DNA of 34,009 nucleotides from a virus (lineage: Duplodnaviria > Caudoviricetes), in the IMG/VR virus record IMGVR_UViG_3300048578_000327, positions 1 through 34,009 of that record; one strand, given 5' to 3'. Below the pieces are notes generated by a model that was given only the letters and a program-made list of their open reading frames with translations, was not told the origin of the DNA and ran no database searches. Positions within the stretch are counted from its first letter, which is position 1. Each line of letters begins with the position of its first letter. Both the position numbers and the translations under genes were made by a program. Positions 17,029 through 25,382 of the stretch are shown in pieces.

Positions 17029-17042
17029 GCGTTTATAAACGC
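17029..17042. other. AT-core palindrome in the G-I intergenic region; candidate strong gyrase site
   Basis: Perfect 14-bp palindrome GCGTTTATAAACGC in a 227-bp non-coding gap at the position of the Mu SGS. Confidence 0.45.
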
Positions 17043-17118
17043 GCACAGGGCCCGAATAGCGCGCAGGGCGTGCCGTGGCCCTGTCCATGGCGCTGGGGCG
17101 CTTGTGCGGCCCCTGGCA

Positions 17119-17649
17119 TCACAGGTCCAGCAGCAGGTCGTTGATGGCCTCGACGATGAGGGCGCTTTCCTGGGGGTACAGGGTGCCGTCCTGGCGCACC
17201 GGCAGGTAGGGGCGCGCGGGAATATCGACCTTGAGCCCCCGGCCCGCCTTGCCGCCGAACTGGTGGATCGCGGCATACACGGGCGTGGCCCGCACCGTGA
17301 CCTGGTCGGCCGTGGCCTGCGCGACGATCTGGCGGCGCAAGTCGCCCGAATCGCCGATCAACGGCTTCTTGGCCGCGAGGCGGCGCTCCCCGGCCGCGTT
17401 GAGGTCGCCGCCCTTCTTGCGGTAGCTCTTGCCCAGGCGCGCGGCAACGATGCCGAGCGTGGCCGGCGCGTTGTCCTTCCATTTCACGCCATCGGGGCCG
17501 GTGCTGCTGCCGAAGCGCTGCTTGGTGCGCTCGGCGATGTCGTCGCCAATCGCCTGCAGGGCGGGCTGCAGGTTCTCGGCGCGCTCGGCCAGGCGCTGCA
17601 ACAGGTCCTGGACGGGCTGGTCTTGGACGATGACGGTGAAGCTGGTCAT
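17119..17649 (-). CDS. Virion morphogenesis protein (Mu gpG family)
   Basis: RFGSSTGPDG..W, YAAIHQFGG, IPARPYL. Confidence 0.92.
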   Translation of the reverse strand: MTSFTVIVQDQPVQDLLQRLAERAENLQPALQAIGDDIAERTKQRFGSSTGPDGVKWKDNAPATLGIVAARLGKSYRKKGGDLNAAGERRLAAKKPLIGDSGDLRRQIVAQATADQVTVRATPVYAAIHQFGGKAGRGLKVDIPARPYLPVRQDGTLYPQESALIVEAINDLLLDL

Positions 17650-17655
17650 AATCGA

Positions 17656-17732
17656 AAGCGGTAGGCGGTTGTTTCCAATGGGAATGGTTGGGGGCCCGGC
17701 CCTCATGATCCGGTTCGAATCCGGCGCCGCTT
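17656..17732 (+). ncRNA. Putative tRNA-like antisense RNA between muF and G
   Basis: TGGACG-N17-CATAAT promoter; 7-bp closing stem, two inner hairpins, T-arm CCGG-TTCGAAT-CCGG; G-U pairs form only on the + strand. Confidence 0.65.
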
Positions 17733-18984
17733 ACTCCCTCTTCAAAGGCACCATGTGCGGCTCGGACAGGAGGTTGTCCGGGTTCACCAGCCCCCCTGTT
17801 TGCACGAAGTTGGATACCAGGTGCGCACGCACGCCGTTGAAACGGCCTTTCATGTTGCGATTGACGCGCACCACCAGCTTTCCCCACCGCTCCCCCAGGT
17901 CCACCGAGTAGATCAGCGCCAGGTCGTTGGTATCGAGGTACGCCTCGGCGGTTTGCAGCAAGCGCGGCAGCTCTAGCCACACTTCAACGGGCAGGCCAGC
18001 GCCGCGTGTGGCCTTGGTGTCGCGCAGGGCATGCAGCAGCTCGGTGTCGCGCATCCAGACGGCGGCGTTCTCCAGGGCCACGCCCCGCGCCTCCAGGGCC
18101 CCCACGGTCTCCGGCGCCACGGTATGCACCTGGACGGTTTCCCCGCCCGCGCGCATGGCGCCGGCCGTGCCTTCGACCATGGCGCGCCAGCGCTGCAGGC
18201 GCTCCGCTTCCAGCGCCGGGCGCAACTCCTGCCACATGGCCGCGCCGATGGGCGCATCCAGAGCGAGCAGCTTGTCGTCGATGAAGCGCTGCAGGGGCCA
18301 GTCGGCCGCCGCGCCTGGCGCGTGGTCGAAGCCCTTGTCGATGCCCACCGGAGCGCCGGTCTTGGGGTCGATCTGCTCCCAGCCCTCGGGCGGCTCGCCC
18401 AGCCCGGCCTGCGCGCTGGCCTCGCCCTCGCGGGCGCTCACGGCAACGATGCGGCACTCGCAGCCGAACCCGTTGGGCGCGTAATGCGTTTTCCACCATG
18501 GGTGGTCATGCCGCAGCGTGATCCCGTGCCAGGCCAGGTGGTGCGGGCGCGGGTGCATGACGTTGTCGGAATGCAGGTAGCGCCAGAAGGGCCGCAGACG
18601 CACGTAGCCGGGCTCCAGCATCTGCTGGCGCCGCCCGGCCGCGTAGGACGCGGCCATGTTCGCCTGGTAGATGGTGCGTGTGCGCCAGGCCTCGCCGTCA
18701 GCCGATCCTTCCCCAGTCCAGCCGGTCCACCCATGCTTGGCGACGATGGCCCGGAAGTCGCGCCGGAATGCCTCCAGCCCGAGGCCATCGGTGGCGCGCT
18801 GCACCATGGCGGCCTGCAGGTCGGCCACCAGGTCGGCCTTGGCGGCGCCCGCGACGGCGAAGGCGCGGTCGTGCGCGGCCGCCGCGATCTGGCCCCAGCG
18901 CTCGGTGGGCAAGGCCAGCTTGGCGCGCAGGTAGGCGATCTGCGCATCAAAGGGCGTGCCGAAGCCAAAGGCGGTCTCAGGCAT
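17731..18984 (-). CDS. MuF minor head protein with C-terminal extension (probable PBECR-like RNase domain), 417 aa
   Basis: AHDRAFAVAGA, WRYLHSD..RPHHLAWHG, PNGFGCECRI, GIDKGFDHAPG, then about 190 extra residues. Confidence 0.88.
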   Translation of the reverse strand: MPETAFGFGTPFDAQIAYLRAKLALPTERWGQIAAAAHDRAFAVAGAAKADLVADLQAAMVQRATDGLGLEAFRRDFRAIVAKHGWTGWTGEGSADGEAWRTRTIYQANMAASYAAGRRQQMLEPGYVRLRPFWRYLHSDNVMHPRPHHLAWHGITLRHDHPWWKTHYAPNGFGCECRIVAVSAREGEASAQAGLGEPPEGWEQIDPKTGAPVGIDKGFDHAPGAAADWPLQRFIDDKLLALDAPIGAAMWQELRPALEAERLQRWRAMVEGTAGAMRAGGETVQVHTVAPETVGALEARGVALENAAVWMRDTELLHALRDTKATRGAGLPVEVWLELPRLLQTAEAYLDTNDLALIYSVDLGERWGKLVVRVNRNMKGRFNGVRAHLVSNFVQTGGLVNPDNLLSEPHMVPLKRE

Positions 18985-20527
18985 CGGCGCTGGCCTCGGT
19001 GCGGGCGGCGTCCATGCCCTTGAGCTCGGCCAGCGCGAAGGCGGCGGCGAGCAGGCGCGTGAGGTCGGCGGTGTCGAGCGAACCGTACTGCGCCAGGATG
19101 GCCTGGCGAACACCAGCGGCGTCGCCGGCCTGGCCGACGATTGCCTGCAGGTCGTCCACGACACGCTGCCACTCGGGGGCGGCGGCGCGCTCCAGGGCGT
19201 CCGTGACGGCGGCTACCGCGCTGGGCTGGCCGCCCTCGGCGAAGCTGGCGGGCCTGGTGCCGCCCGGCGCGGTGGGCTCGGGGGTGGGAGGCCCGGGCGG
19301 GGCCGGCTGGCGCTTGTGCCAGCCTTCGCCGTATTTCGCGCGCACCGTGTCTTCGTCGAGGTCGAAGCCCATGTTGTGCACCAGCGTGTCCGCTTCGGCC
19401 TGCGCCTTGATGTCAGCCTCTTCCTTGACCTGGCGGCCAACATGGCAAGGCTCAAAACCGTTGAACTCGCAAATCCAGGCGATGAGCGTTTCGTTGAGGG
19501 TCTCGGAGAGCAAGTCGCTGTCGGCCTGGGTCAAGTCCTGGCGCACGTTCTGGCGCTCTTTGCTGGCCGCAGCCAGCGCGCCGCCACCGGAGCGCGCCGG
19601 CTCCTGGCCCGTCAGCACTTCGCTGATCCAGTCGTCCATGTACTCGCATAGCTGCTGCTGGGTCGTGACGTTGCCCGACAGCTTCGCCTCCAGCAGCGCG
19701 ATCTCCATGCCCTCGGGCGTTGCCAGGTAGCCGTCGTTGCTCATGGCCCGCAGCGCGGCCACCAGCGTGGCTTTTTCCTGCGGTTCGGCGTTGCGCGGGT
19801 ATTTGCCGTGCGGCGTGGGCGAGCCGAAGCGGTCGCACAGCTTGTTCCAGGCCACGATGCCCTTGCGCTTGAAGAACACCGGCCAGAAAAGCTGCAGGCC
19901 CAGGCCCGTGCCGTAGGGGCTGTCGTCCTCGGGGTTGACGCGGTGCACGATGAACTTGCGCTCGGGCACCGGCACGCCCTTGAGCATGGCGCTCCGCGTG
20001 AGCATCTGCAGGCGCGGCGGTCTGTTCTCGTCGTCCTGCACGTACACGAAGCGGCGCTGCGCACGCTTGGGCACCCGCAGAGGTACGACCTGGCCGTCAC
20101 GAATGCCCCACACGATCTCGGCGATGGAGTGGCCCGCGAGCAGCGCCTCCAGCAGGTCGGCGCACAGCTTGTCGAAGGCAAAGCCCTTGAGGATTTCCGT
20201 GACCTTGAGCGCGTCGGCGGTGGCCTTGGCGTGGTTCCTGGCGCGTGGCTCGACCTGCCAGGTCTTGCCGATCAGCGCGAGCTGACGCTTTTGCAGCCCG
20301 GAGAACACCTTGCCGTCGCGGCGCAAGTCGCGGTACAGCTCGACGCCGCCGTTGCCGCGCTCCAGCAGCAGGGGGTCGTTGGTGCGCAGGACGCCCATGT
20401 AGGGCGCCTCGAATGGGTCGCGCAGCCGGTTGGCGAATTCAACGCCCAGCTCAGGCCGGGGCTGGGCGCCCGCGTGGGATGCCGCGCGGGCTGTGCGGCG
20501 TTGATTGCTGCGGGGGGCCTTAGCCAT
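18977..20527 (-). CDS. Portal protein (Mu gp29/DUF935)
   Basis: GHSIAEIVW, PYGTGLG..LFWPVFFKR, DRFGSP...GKY. Confidence 0.95.
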   Translation of the reverse strand: MAKAPRSNQRRTARAASHAGAQPRPELGVEFANRLRDPFEAPYMGVLRTNDPLLLERGNGGVELYRDLRRDGKVFSGLQKRQLALIGKTWQVEPRARNHAKATADALKVTEILKGFAFDKLCADLLEALLAGHSIAEIVWGIRDGQVVPLRVPKRAQRRFVYVQDDENRPPRLQMLTRSAMLKGVPVPERKFIVHRVNPEDDSPYGTGLGLQLFWPVFFKRKGIVAWNKLCDRFGSPTPHGKYPRNAEPQEKATLVAALRAMSNDGYLATPEGMEIALLEAKLSGNVTTQQQLCEYMDDWISEVLTGQEPARSGGGALAAASKERQNVRQDLTQADSDLLSETLNETLIAWICEFNGFEPCHVGRQVKEEADIKAQAEADTLVHNMGFDLDEDTVRAKYGEGWHKRQPAPPGPPTPEPTAPGGTRPASFAEGGQPSAVAAVTDALERAAAPEWQRVVDDLQAIVGQAGDAAGVRQAILAQYGSLDTADLTRLLAAAFALAELKGMDAARTEASADA

Positions 20528-21947
20528 GGATGAAGTCTCCCAGCGGCTGGCTGCTGTCGCGCGGGCCACCGCTCATGTATTCGATGGGGGCCGAGGGATT
20601 GCTGCCCGCGTGCAGGGCAAGCGCGAGCGCCCAGAAGCGGTCGGCGTGGCCGTTGACCTTGGTGCTGTCGTCACCATCGGCGACGAAGCGGATGTTTCCC
20701 GCCGCCGTGGTGGTCTTTTGGATCTTGCGCAGGTCGGCCCGGATCTTTGGGTCTTCGGGGATGCGCACTTGGCGATCCTCCATCGCGCCCTTGAGCGGAT
20801 AGGCCAGCGCTTCTTTCACCGGGCCGGAGAAATTCACCGCCTCCACGCGGTGCAGGCCGAACTGGTCCTGGGCGTCATCGGCCCAGCCGATGCCCAGGCC
20901 CGTGGCGTCGATGCAGATGCGGTCGCAGATCGCAAACCAGGGCCACAAGATGGCCTCCTGTGCGCTCTTGCGCATCTTCTCCATGGCCTCGACGTGGCGC
21001 GTGTAGAACACGTCGCCGAGCTGCTCGACCACCCACAAGACGGTCAAGTCCTTCTTGCGGCCAATGTCCACGCCCGCGAACAGGCGGCCCTGGAACGGCC
21101 CCTGCAGGCCGCGCTGCCAATCGGTGCCGCCGGAGTACTCGCAGGCCGTGATGAGGCCGTACTCCAGGAACTTGGCGTCGTCGTCGGCCGGGATGCACTG
21201 GTACTCCTGATCGAACGATTCTTCATCGGCCGCGCCGGACTTCACGAAGTCGAAGTACTCGGCTTCGTCCATGGCCTGCTGCTCGGCGTCAGGGGGGAGC
21301 GCCTGCTGCAGCTTGAACAGGAAGCCTTGCTCCAGCGCGTCCTGCAGGGTGACGCGGTGCAGGCTCAGCTTCTTGGGGTTGCCCCCGTGGCGGGCCTCGC
21401 GCACCAGGTTGTTGAAGAAGCTGTAGGAGCCGCGGTGCGTGCTGACGATCTCCATGTTGCCGCCCCAGGTGATACCGGGGTAGGCAATGGCCCACATCTT
21501 GCGCTGGTCGCGGTGGATGGCGAACTCGTCCAGGATGCGCGAGCCACGCTTGCCCGCCTGCGCGTCCGGGTTGCTGCTCATGCTGTGGATGCGCCGCCCG
21601 CTGGCGAACTGCAGCACGTAGGCACTGAGCTTCTTGTCGGCGTCCAGCACGACTTCGCCCAGGTCTTTTGCGGCCATGCCCATGATGCCGGCCCACAGCT
21701 TGCAGTCTTCGATGAAGAGGCGTGCCTGGATGTCGTCGCGGCTGCTCACCCACTCATCGAAGCGCGCGCCCTGCGCAGCGGCGCGTTCGCCGGCGCCGTA
21801 GGCGGTGGACCAGCTTATGCCGATCTGGCGCGACTTCTCCATGAGCTTGAGGCGCGACTCGTCCTTGATCCACTTGGACTGGAACGGCAAAAAGATCGCG
21901 TCACGATCCTTTGGAATGCACTTGGCCCGGCCCTTGAGCTGTGCCAT
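20520..21947 (-). CDS. Terminase large subunit (Mu gp28-like)
   Basis: EKSRQIGISW, ILDEFA, GVDIGRKKD, IDATGLG, HADRFWALALA. Confidence 0.95.
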   Translation of the reverse strand: MAQLKGRAKCIPKDRDAIFLPFQSKWIKDESRLKLMEKSRQIGISWSTAYGAGERAAAQGARFDEWVSSRDDIQARLFIEDCKLWAGIMGMAAKDLGEVVLDADKKLSAYVLQFASGRRIHSMSSNPDAQAGKRGSRILDEFAIHRDQRKMWAIAYPGITWGGNMEIVSTHRGSYSFFNNLVREARHGGNPKKLSLHRVTLQDALEQGFLFKLQQALPPDAEQQAMDEAEYFDFVKSGAADEESFDQEYQCIPADDDAKFLEYGLITACEYSGGTDWQRGLQGPFQGRLFAGVDIGRKKDLTVLWVVEQLGDVFYTRHVEAMEKMRKSAQEAILWPWFAICDRICIDATGLGIGWADDAQDQFGLHRVEAVNFSGPVKEALAYPLKGAMEDRQVRIPEDPKIRADLRKIQKTTTAAGNIRFVADGDDSTKVNGHADRFWALALALHAGSNPSAPIEYMSGGPRDSSQPLGDFIHG

Positions 21948-22477
21948 CAGATGATCCCCAGCGCCTCGCGGATGGCGGCCTTGGTCTCGGCCGTCACGCC
22001 GCCCTTGTTGGGCATGGCGTCCAGCTTGGCCCGCTGCTCGGCCAGCAGCTCTTGCCGGATGGCGATGCGGTCTTGCCGGTCCACCCGGCGCGCGGCCAGC
22101 ACGTCCTTGGCGGCGCGTGCGAGCTTGCGCACGGTCTCCACGTCTACATCAGCGCCACCCGCTGCGGTCAGCGCCACCTGGTTGGTCAGCGTGGTGATGG
22201 TCTGCACGAGCAGCGCACCGGCCTTGTCGTCGGGGTTCTCGCCCAGCTCGGAGACCACCAGGCTGGCGATGGCCTGCTGCTCACGCATGCCTTTCATGAG
22301 CTCTTCAAACCCCGCACGGTGGCGATGGATGGCGCTGCGGCTGACCTGCGCGCTGGGGAACTGCTCGCGCATGGCGGCAAGCAGTTCGTCCAGCGTGTGG
22401 CGGTCTTCGCGCAGGAGCTTTTCGAGGTACTTGCGGGCCTCGGGCTCAAGGCGCTTGACGGTGGACTTGCGGCCCAT
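21947..22477 (-). CDS. Mu gp27/DUF3486 family, putative terminase small subunit
   Basis: MGRKSTVKRL...VSRSAIHR...IREALGI; directly upstream of the large subunit. Confidence 0.88.
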   Translation of the reverse strand: MGRKSTVKRLEPEARKYLEKLLREDRHTLDELLAAMREQFPSAQVSRSAIHRHRAGFEELMKGMREQQAIASLVVSELGENPDDKAGALLVQTITTLTNQVALTAAGGADVDVETVRKLARAAKDVLAARRVDRQDRIAIRQELLAEQRAKLDAMPNKGGVTAETKAAIREALGII

Positions 22478-22480
22478 GCG

Positions 22481-22774
22481 TCAGGCCCCCGGCCGCTTGA
22501 CGCCCGGCACCACCGCACGGCCCGCCGCAACGTCGGCGCCGCGCGTGGTGAGGGTGGCGATGTACACACCCTCCACGTCCTGGAAGGCCAGCAGGCCTTG
22601 CTCCTGCAGCCAGGCCAGATCCCCCTTGACCTGGTCGACGCTGGGCTCATGGCCCCATTTCGCCAGCAGCGTGTGGAGCAAGAACGAGTTGGAACGGTAC
22701 GCGGGCATTTCGGCCAGCACGCGCAGGATGACAAGGCGGCGGTCTTCCGCCACGAATGCGCCGAAGTTGGTCAT
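22481..22774 (-). CDS. Mu gp26-like winged-helix protein
   Basis: EDRRLVILRVL...DLAWLQEQGL...LTTRGADVAAG...PGVKRP. Confidence 0.88.
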   Translation of the reverse strand: MTNFGAFVAEDRRLVILRVLAEMPAYRSNSFLLHTLLAKWGHEPSVDQVKGDLAWLQEQGLLAFQDVEGVYIATLTTRGADVAAGRAVVPGVKRPGA

Positions 22775-23073
22775 TTCTGGTTCAGCAAATAGTTTTCAAC
22801 ACGGTCAACGCTGCGCGCGACCGGCTCAATGCGGGCGGCCACCGTCTCGATGGAGCCGCGCAGGCTTGCCACCGTGGCAACCAGCTCATGCAACTGCGCC
22901 TGGCTGGGCACCTGGGCCATCTGCGCCTCCAGCGTGGTCAGGCGCGTGCGCAGCTCCAGCAGCTCAGCGGCACTGGCGGACTGGCGGCCGATGAACCACG
23001 CATACACGCCAATGGCGGATAGCAGCAGCCAGCGCACGGCCTCGAAGCTGAATGTCATGTCGGTGAAGCTCAT
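22771..23073 (-). CDS. Mu gp25/DUF2730-like membrane-anchored coiled-coil protein
   Basis: N-terminal TM segment, RLTTLEAQMAQVPS, ENYLLN end; ATGA overlaps. Confidence 0.8.
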   Translation of the reverse strand: MSFTDMTFSFEAVRWLLLSAIGVYAWFIGRQSASAAELLELRTRLTTLEAQMAQVPSQAQLHELVATVASLRGSIETVAARIEPVARSVDRVENYLLNQK

Positions 23074-23300
23074 CGGGCTTTCGCTCCCTTGGTTTTTTCG
23101 ATGCGGGCCTGGCATGCCACGCAGAACTGGCACCCCGGCTGCGCCTCGCGCCGGGCTTCGGGGATGGGCTCGCCGCAGTCGCTGCAGTCCTGGGCGGACG
23201 CTGCACCCAGGCCATTGCGGGCGCGGTGCGCGTGGTCGCGCAGGGCATCGGCGAGCAGTTCGGCTTCGCGCGCCTGGGCACGGTCTATGTCGTCTGTCAA
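23070..23300 (-). CDS. TraR/DksA C4 zinc-finger protein
   Basis: DDIDRAQ (DxxDxA) and CSDCGEPIPEARREAQPGCQFCVACQ; GGAGG SD before a TTG start. Confidence 0.9.
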   Translation of the reverse strand: MTDDIDRAQAREAELLADALRDHAHRARNGLGAASAQDCSDCGEPIPEARREAQPGCQFCVACQARIEKTKGAKAR

Positions 23301-23566
23301 CGCGCGCCCTCCCGTTCATCCCATTCGATGCGCTCCACGGTGCGGCCTGCGCAAATCGCGTACAGGTCGTACATGCCCTTGAGTGCTTCGGCCACGGGGT
23401 CCACCTCACCAGTCATCGGGGGCGCTGGCGGGGGCGAGGGGCAGCGCACGCCCAATTCCGCTGGAAGCGGCCTCGGCAGCACGCTCGCGCGCGGTGGCGA
23501 GGTTGCGCATGACGCCAGCAGGGAACACGCAACCAGCACGGCTGGCAGCCGTGGCATTGAGTTCAT
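23297..23566 (-). CDS. o-spanin (Rz1-like lipoprotein)
   Basis: Lipobox LLASC, Pro-rich, two further Cys; starts inside the i-spanin gene. Confidence 0.8.
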   Translation of the reverse strand: MNSMPRLPAVLVACSLLASCATSPPRASVLPRPLPAELGVRCPSPPPAPPMTGEVDPVAEALKGMYDLYAICAGRTVERIEWDEREGAR

Positions 23567-23825
23567 GGGAAAGCTCCTGGGATGATTTCTGGTCGGCCTG
23601 CTCGCGCAGGGAGGCAGCGCGGCGCAAATCGCGGCTGGCGGCCTTGGATTGCTTGACCAGGTCGGCATGGGCGTTGATCTGCTGTGTGAGCGACTGGACG
23701 GCCTCGGCGTCCTGGCGACCCTTCTCGGCAGCCTTGCCCTGGTTGAGCCCGTACACATGGCCGCCGATGCCTGCGGCGACGGAAAGCAGCAGGCCCACGA
23801 CGGCGACTTCGGCGGCGGCGCTCAT
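23406..23825 (-). CDS. i-spanin (Rz-like)
   Basis: N-terminal TM segment, coiled coil, single C-terminal Cys; follows endolysin. Confidence 0.8.
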   Translation of the reverse strand: MSAAAEVAVVGLLLSVAAGIGGHVYGLNQGKAAEKGRQDAEAVQSLTQQINAHADLVKQSKAASRDLRRAASLREQADQKSSQELSHELNATAASRAGCVFPAGVMRNLATARERAAEAASSGIGRALPLAPASAPDDW

Positions 23826-24505
23826 AGACCGGGGCCCCATGCCGCATAGCGCGGCTGGATCACGTCCAGGATGCGGCGTGGATAGTCCAGGTTCTCGCGG
23901 CAGTGCACGGCCGCGCGCCGGGCCTTGCCGCATGCCGCATCCACCTGGGCCAGCGTGGGCCGCACGGCCCCGGTAGCCGCCGCCTCCGCCTGCCAATGGC
24001 CCAGCCCGCCGTTGTAGGCACGCAGGGCGACGTGCATGCGTTCGCGCGGCGTGTAGCGCGCGGGGGCGCGGTCGTAGAGCCAGCGGTCGTAGGTGACCAG
24101 TGCGCGCAGCGCCCAAGCGACGTTGAAGGGCTGCTGTGATGCGAGGGCCGGATCGATGCCGGAGATCCACTTCGCGGTAGCGGGCATGAACTGCGCCAAG
24201 CCCTGGGCGCCGACGCGCGAGACCGCATCAGGGCGCCAGGCACTTTCTTGATGTACCTGGGCCGCGAACACGGCGACGGGCGCATCAAGCCCCCAGGCGG
24301 CATGCGCCGTGCGCACCAGCTGCGCGCGGTGCTGTTGCGCTGCCTGGGGCACCTGCGGCGCCTGGGCGCGGGCGCTGCCCGGCGCCAGCGCCATGAGCGC
24401 CAACAACACCAGCAGCGCGATTTGTGCGGCAATGGCTACGCCAATGCCCCACAAGGTGCGGCGGCAATCGCGCTGGAGCGCGTCGGTATCGCCGCGCGTC
24501 ATCAC
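23822..24505 (-). CDS. Endolysin, SLT-family lytic transglycosylase with N-terminal signal/anchor
   Basis: QVHQESAW, GAQGLAQFMPATA, AYNGGLG, EN.DYP.RI. Confidence 0.93.
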   Translation of the reverse strand: MMTRGDTDALQRDCRRTLWGIGVAIAAQIALLVLLALMALAPGSARAQAPQVPQAAQQHRAQLVRTAHAAWGLDAPVAVFAAQVHQESAWRPDAVSRVGAQGLAQFMPATAKWISGIDPALASQQPFNVAWALRALVTYDRWLYDRAPARYTPRERMHVALRAYNGGLGHWQAEAAATGAVRPTLAQVDAACGKARRAAVHCRENLDYPRRILDVIQPRYAAWGPGL

Positions 24506-24867
24506 AGCCCCGCCGCCACGCCCAGCACCACCGAGGCCACGATCAGCGCGCGGCGGATTTGGGCTGTGCAGTACTCGCGCCAGTAGTTGGGCACGACGGG
24601 GTAATCGGCTTCGTGCTCGGGCTCCTCGGTGCCCAGGCGCCAGTCGCGCTGCAGGTAGCCGTCAGGCCGCGCGTAGGGGAACAGCGTGCGGTCGAGCCAG
24701 TACCCCAGCACGGCGGCCAGGGAAACGAGGGAGGCCTTGTAGAGCACCACCGGCAACTGCGGCGGGGCAACGATGGCAATGACGGCCAGCAGCAGCACGG
24801 CCAGCACAAGCCAGGTGGTGGTGCGCGGCGCGCGCAGCCACGCGGGGATGATGTCTCTCACGGGCAC
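24502..24867 (-). CDS. Putative holin (2-3 TM)
   Basis: PQLPVVLYKASLVSLAAVLGYWLDRTLFPYARP...RRALIV; first gene of the lysis operon. Confidence 0.85.
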   Translation of the reverse strand: MPVRDIIPAWLRAPRTTTWLVLAVLLLAVIAIVAPPQLPVVLYKASLVSLAAVLGYWLDRTLFPYARPDGYLQRDWRLGTEEPEHEADYPVVPNYWREYCTAQIRRALIVASVVLGVAAGL

Positions 24868-24896
24868 TCCTACGGGATGACGGTTTGAAAGCCGTC

Positions 24897-24942
24897 AGTT
24901 TTCCCGTGTGGGGGTGCCGTGTATTGGGAACTAGGACACTAT
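24897..24942 (-). promoter_or_regulatory. Late promoter for the lysis/packaging operon
   Basis: ATAGTGTCCTAGTTCCCAATAC-N18-AAAACT; same geometry as 16898-16943. Confidence 0.8.
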
Positions 24943-24989
24943 CAGCGCCTTGGGTCAGGCCGGTGGATGCACCGTCAGGCTGTTTCCTG

Positions 24990-25379
24990 TCATGAGGATT
25001 TCTTGCAATTACTCGACCAGAAAGACACCGTAAATATTTGGTCGCGTGGCGTTTTCTCTATGTCAACAGCAAGGGCCTCGTGCTTGGTACCACTGCTTGG
25101 GACACCCAGGAACACCGCGTAGCGAACAGCACCCGTGTAAGCACCGAATGAGTTCTTTGCATTCACTTCGCCGCAGGCGTACTTGAGCTTGGTGTACTTG
25201 TCACTCGGGTCAGGAAAATCAACGATGTATCCATTGCTGAACTGTGCTGATCCAGGGTCTTTCAGTTCGGCGGACACCGCGCGCTGAGCAACATCCAAAA
25301 GCGCGCTGTCGGATGGAGAGCATCCCGCCAGAACAGCAGAAAAAAACAAGACGGCACTTGCTGTTTGCATGATCTTCAT
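24990..25379 (-). CDS. Lipoprotein moron (129 aa)
   Basis: Lipobox LAGC; LKDPGSAQF...CGEVNAKNSFGAYTG; visibly more AT-rich than the flanks. Confidence 0.85.
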   Translation of the reverse strand: MKIMQTASAVLFFSAVLAGCSPSDSALLDVAQRAVSAELKDPGSAQFSNGYIVDFPDPSDKYTKLKYACGEVNAKNSFGAYTGAVRYAVFLGVPSSGTKHEALAVDIEKTPRDQIFTVSFWSSNCKKSS

Positions 25380-25382
25380 TGG

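Noticed and set aside
17656-17732. Bona fide tRNA gene suggested by GGTTCGAATCC
   Set aside because: No canonical D-loop, no 7-nt anticodon loop, only a 4-bp T stem and no CCA; reported as a tRNA-like ncRNA instead
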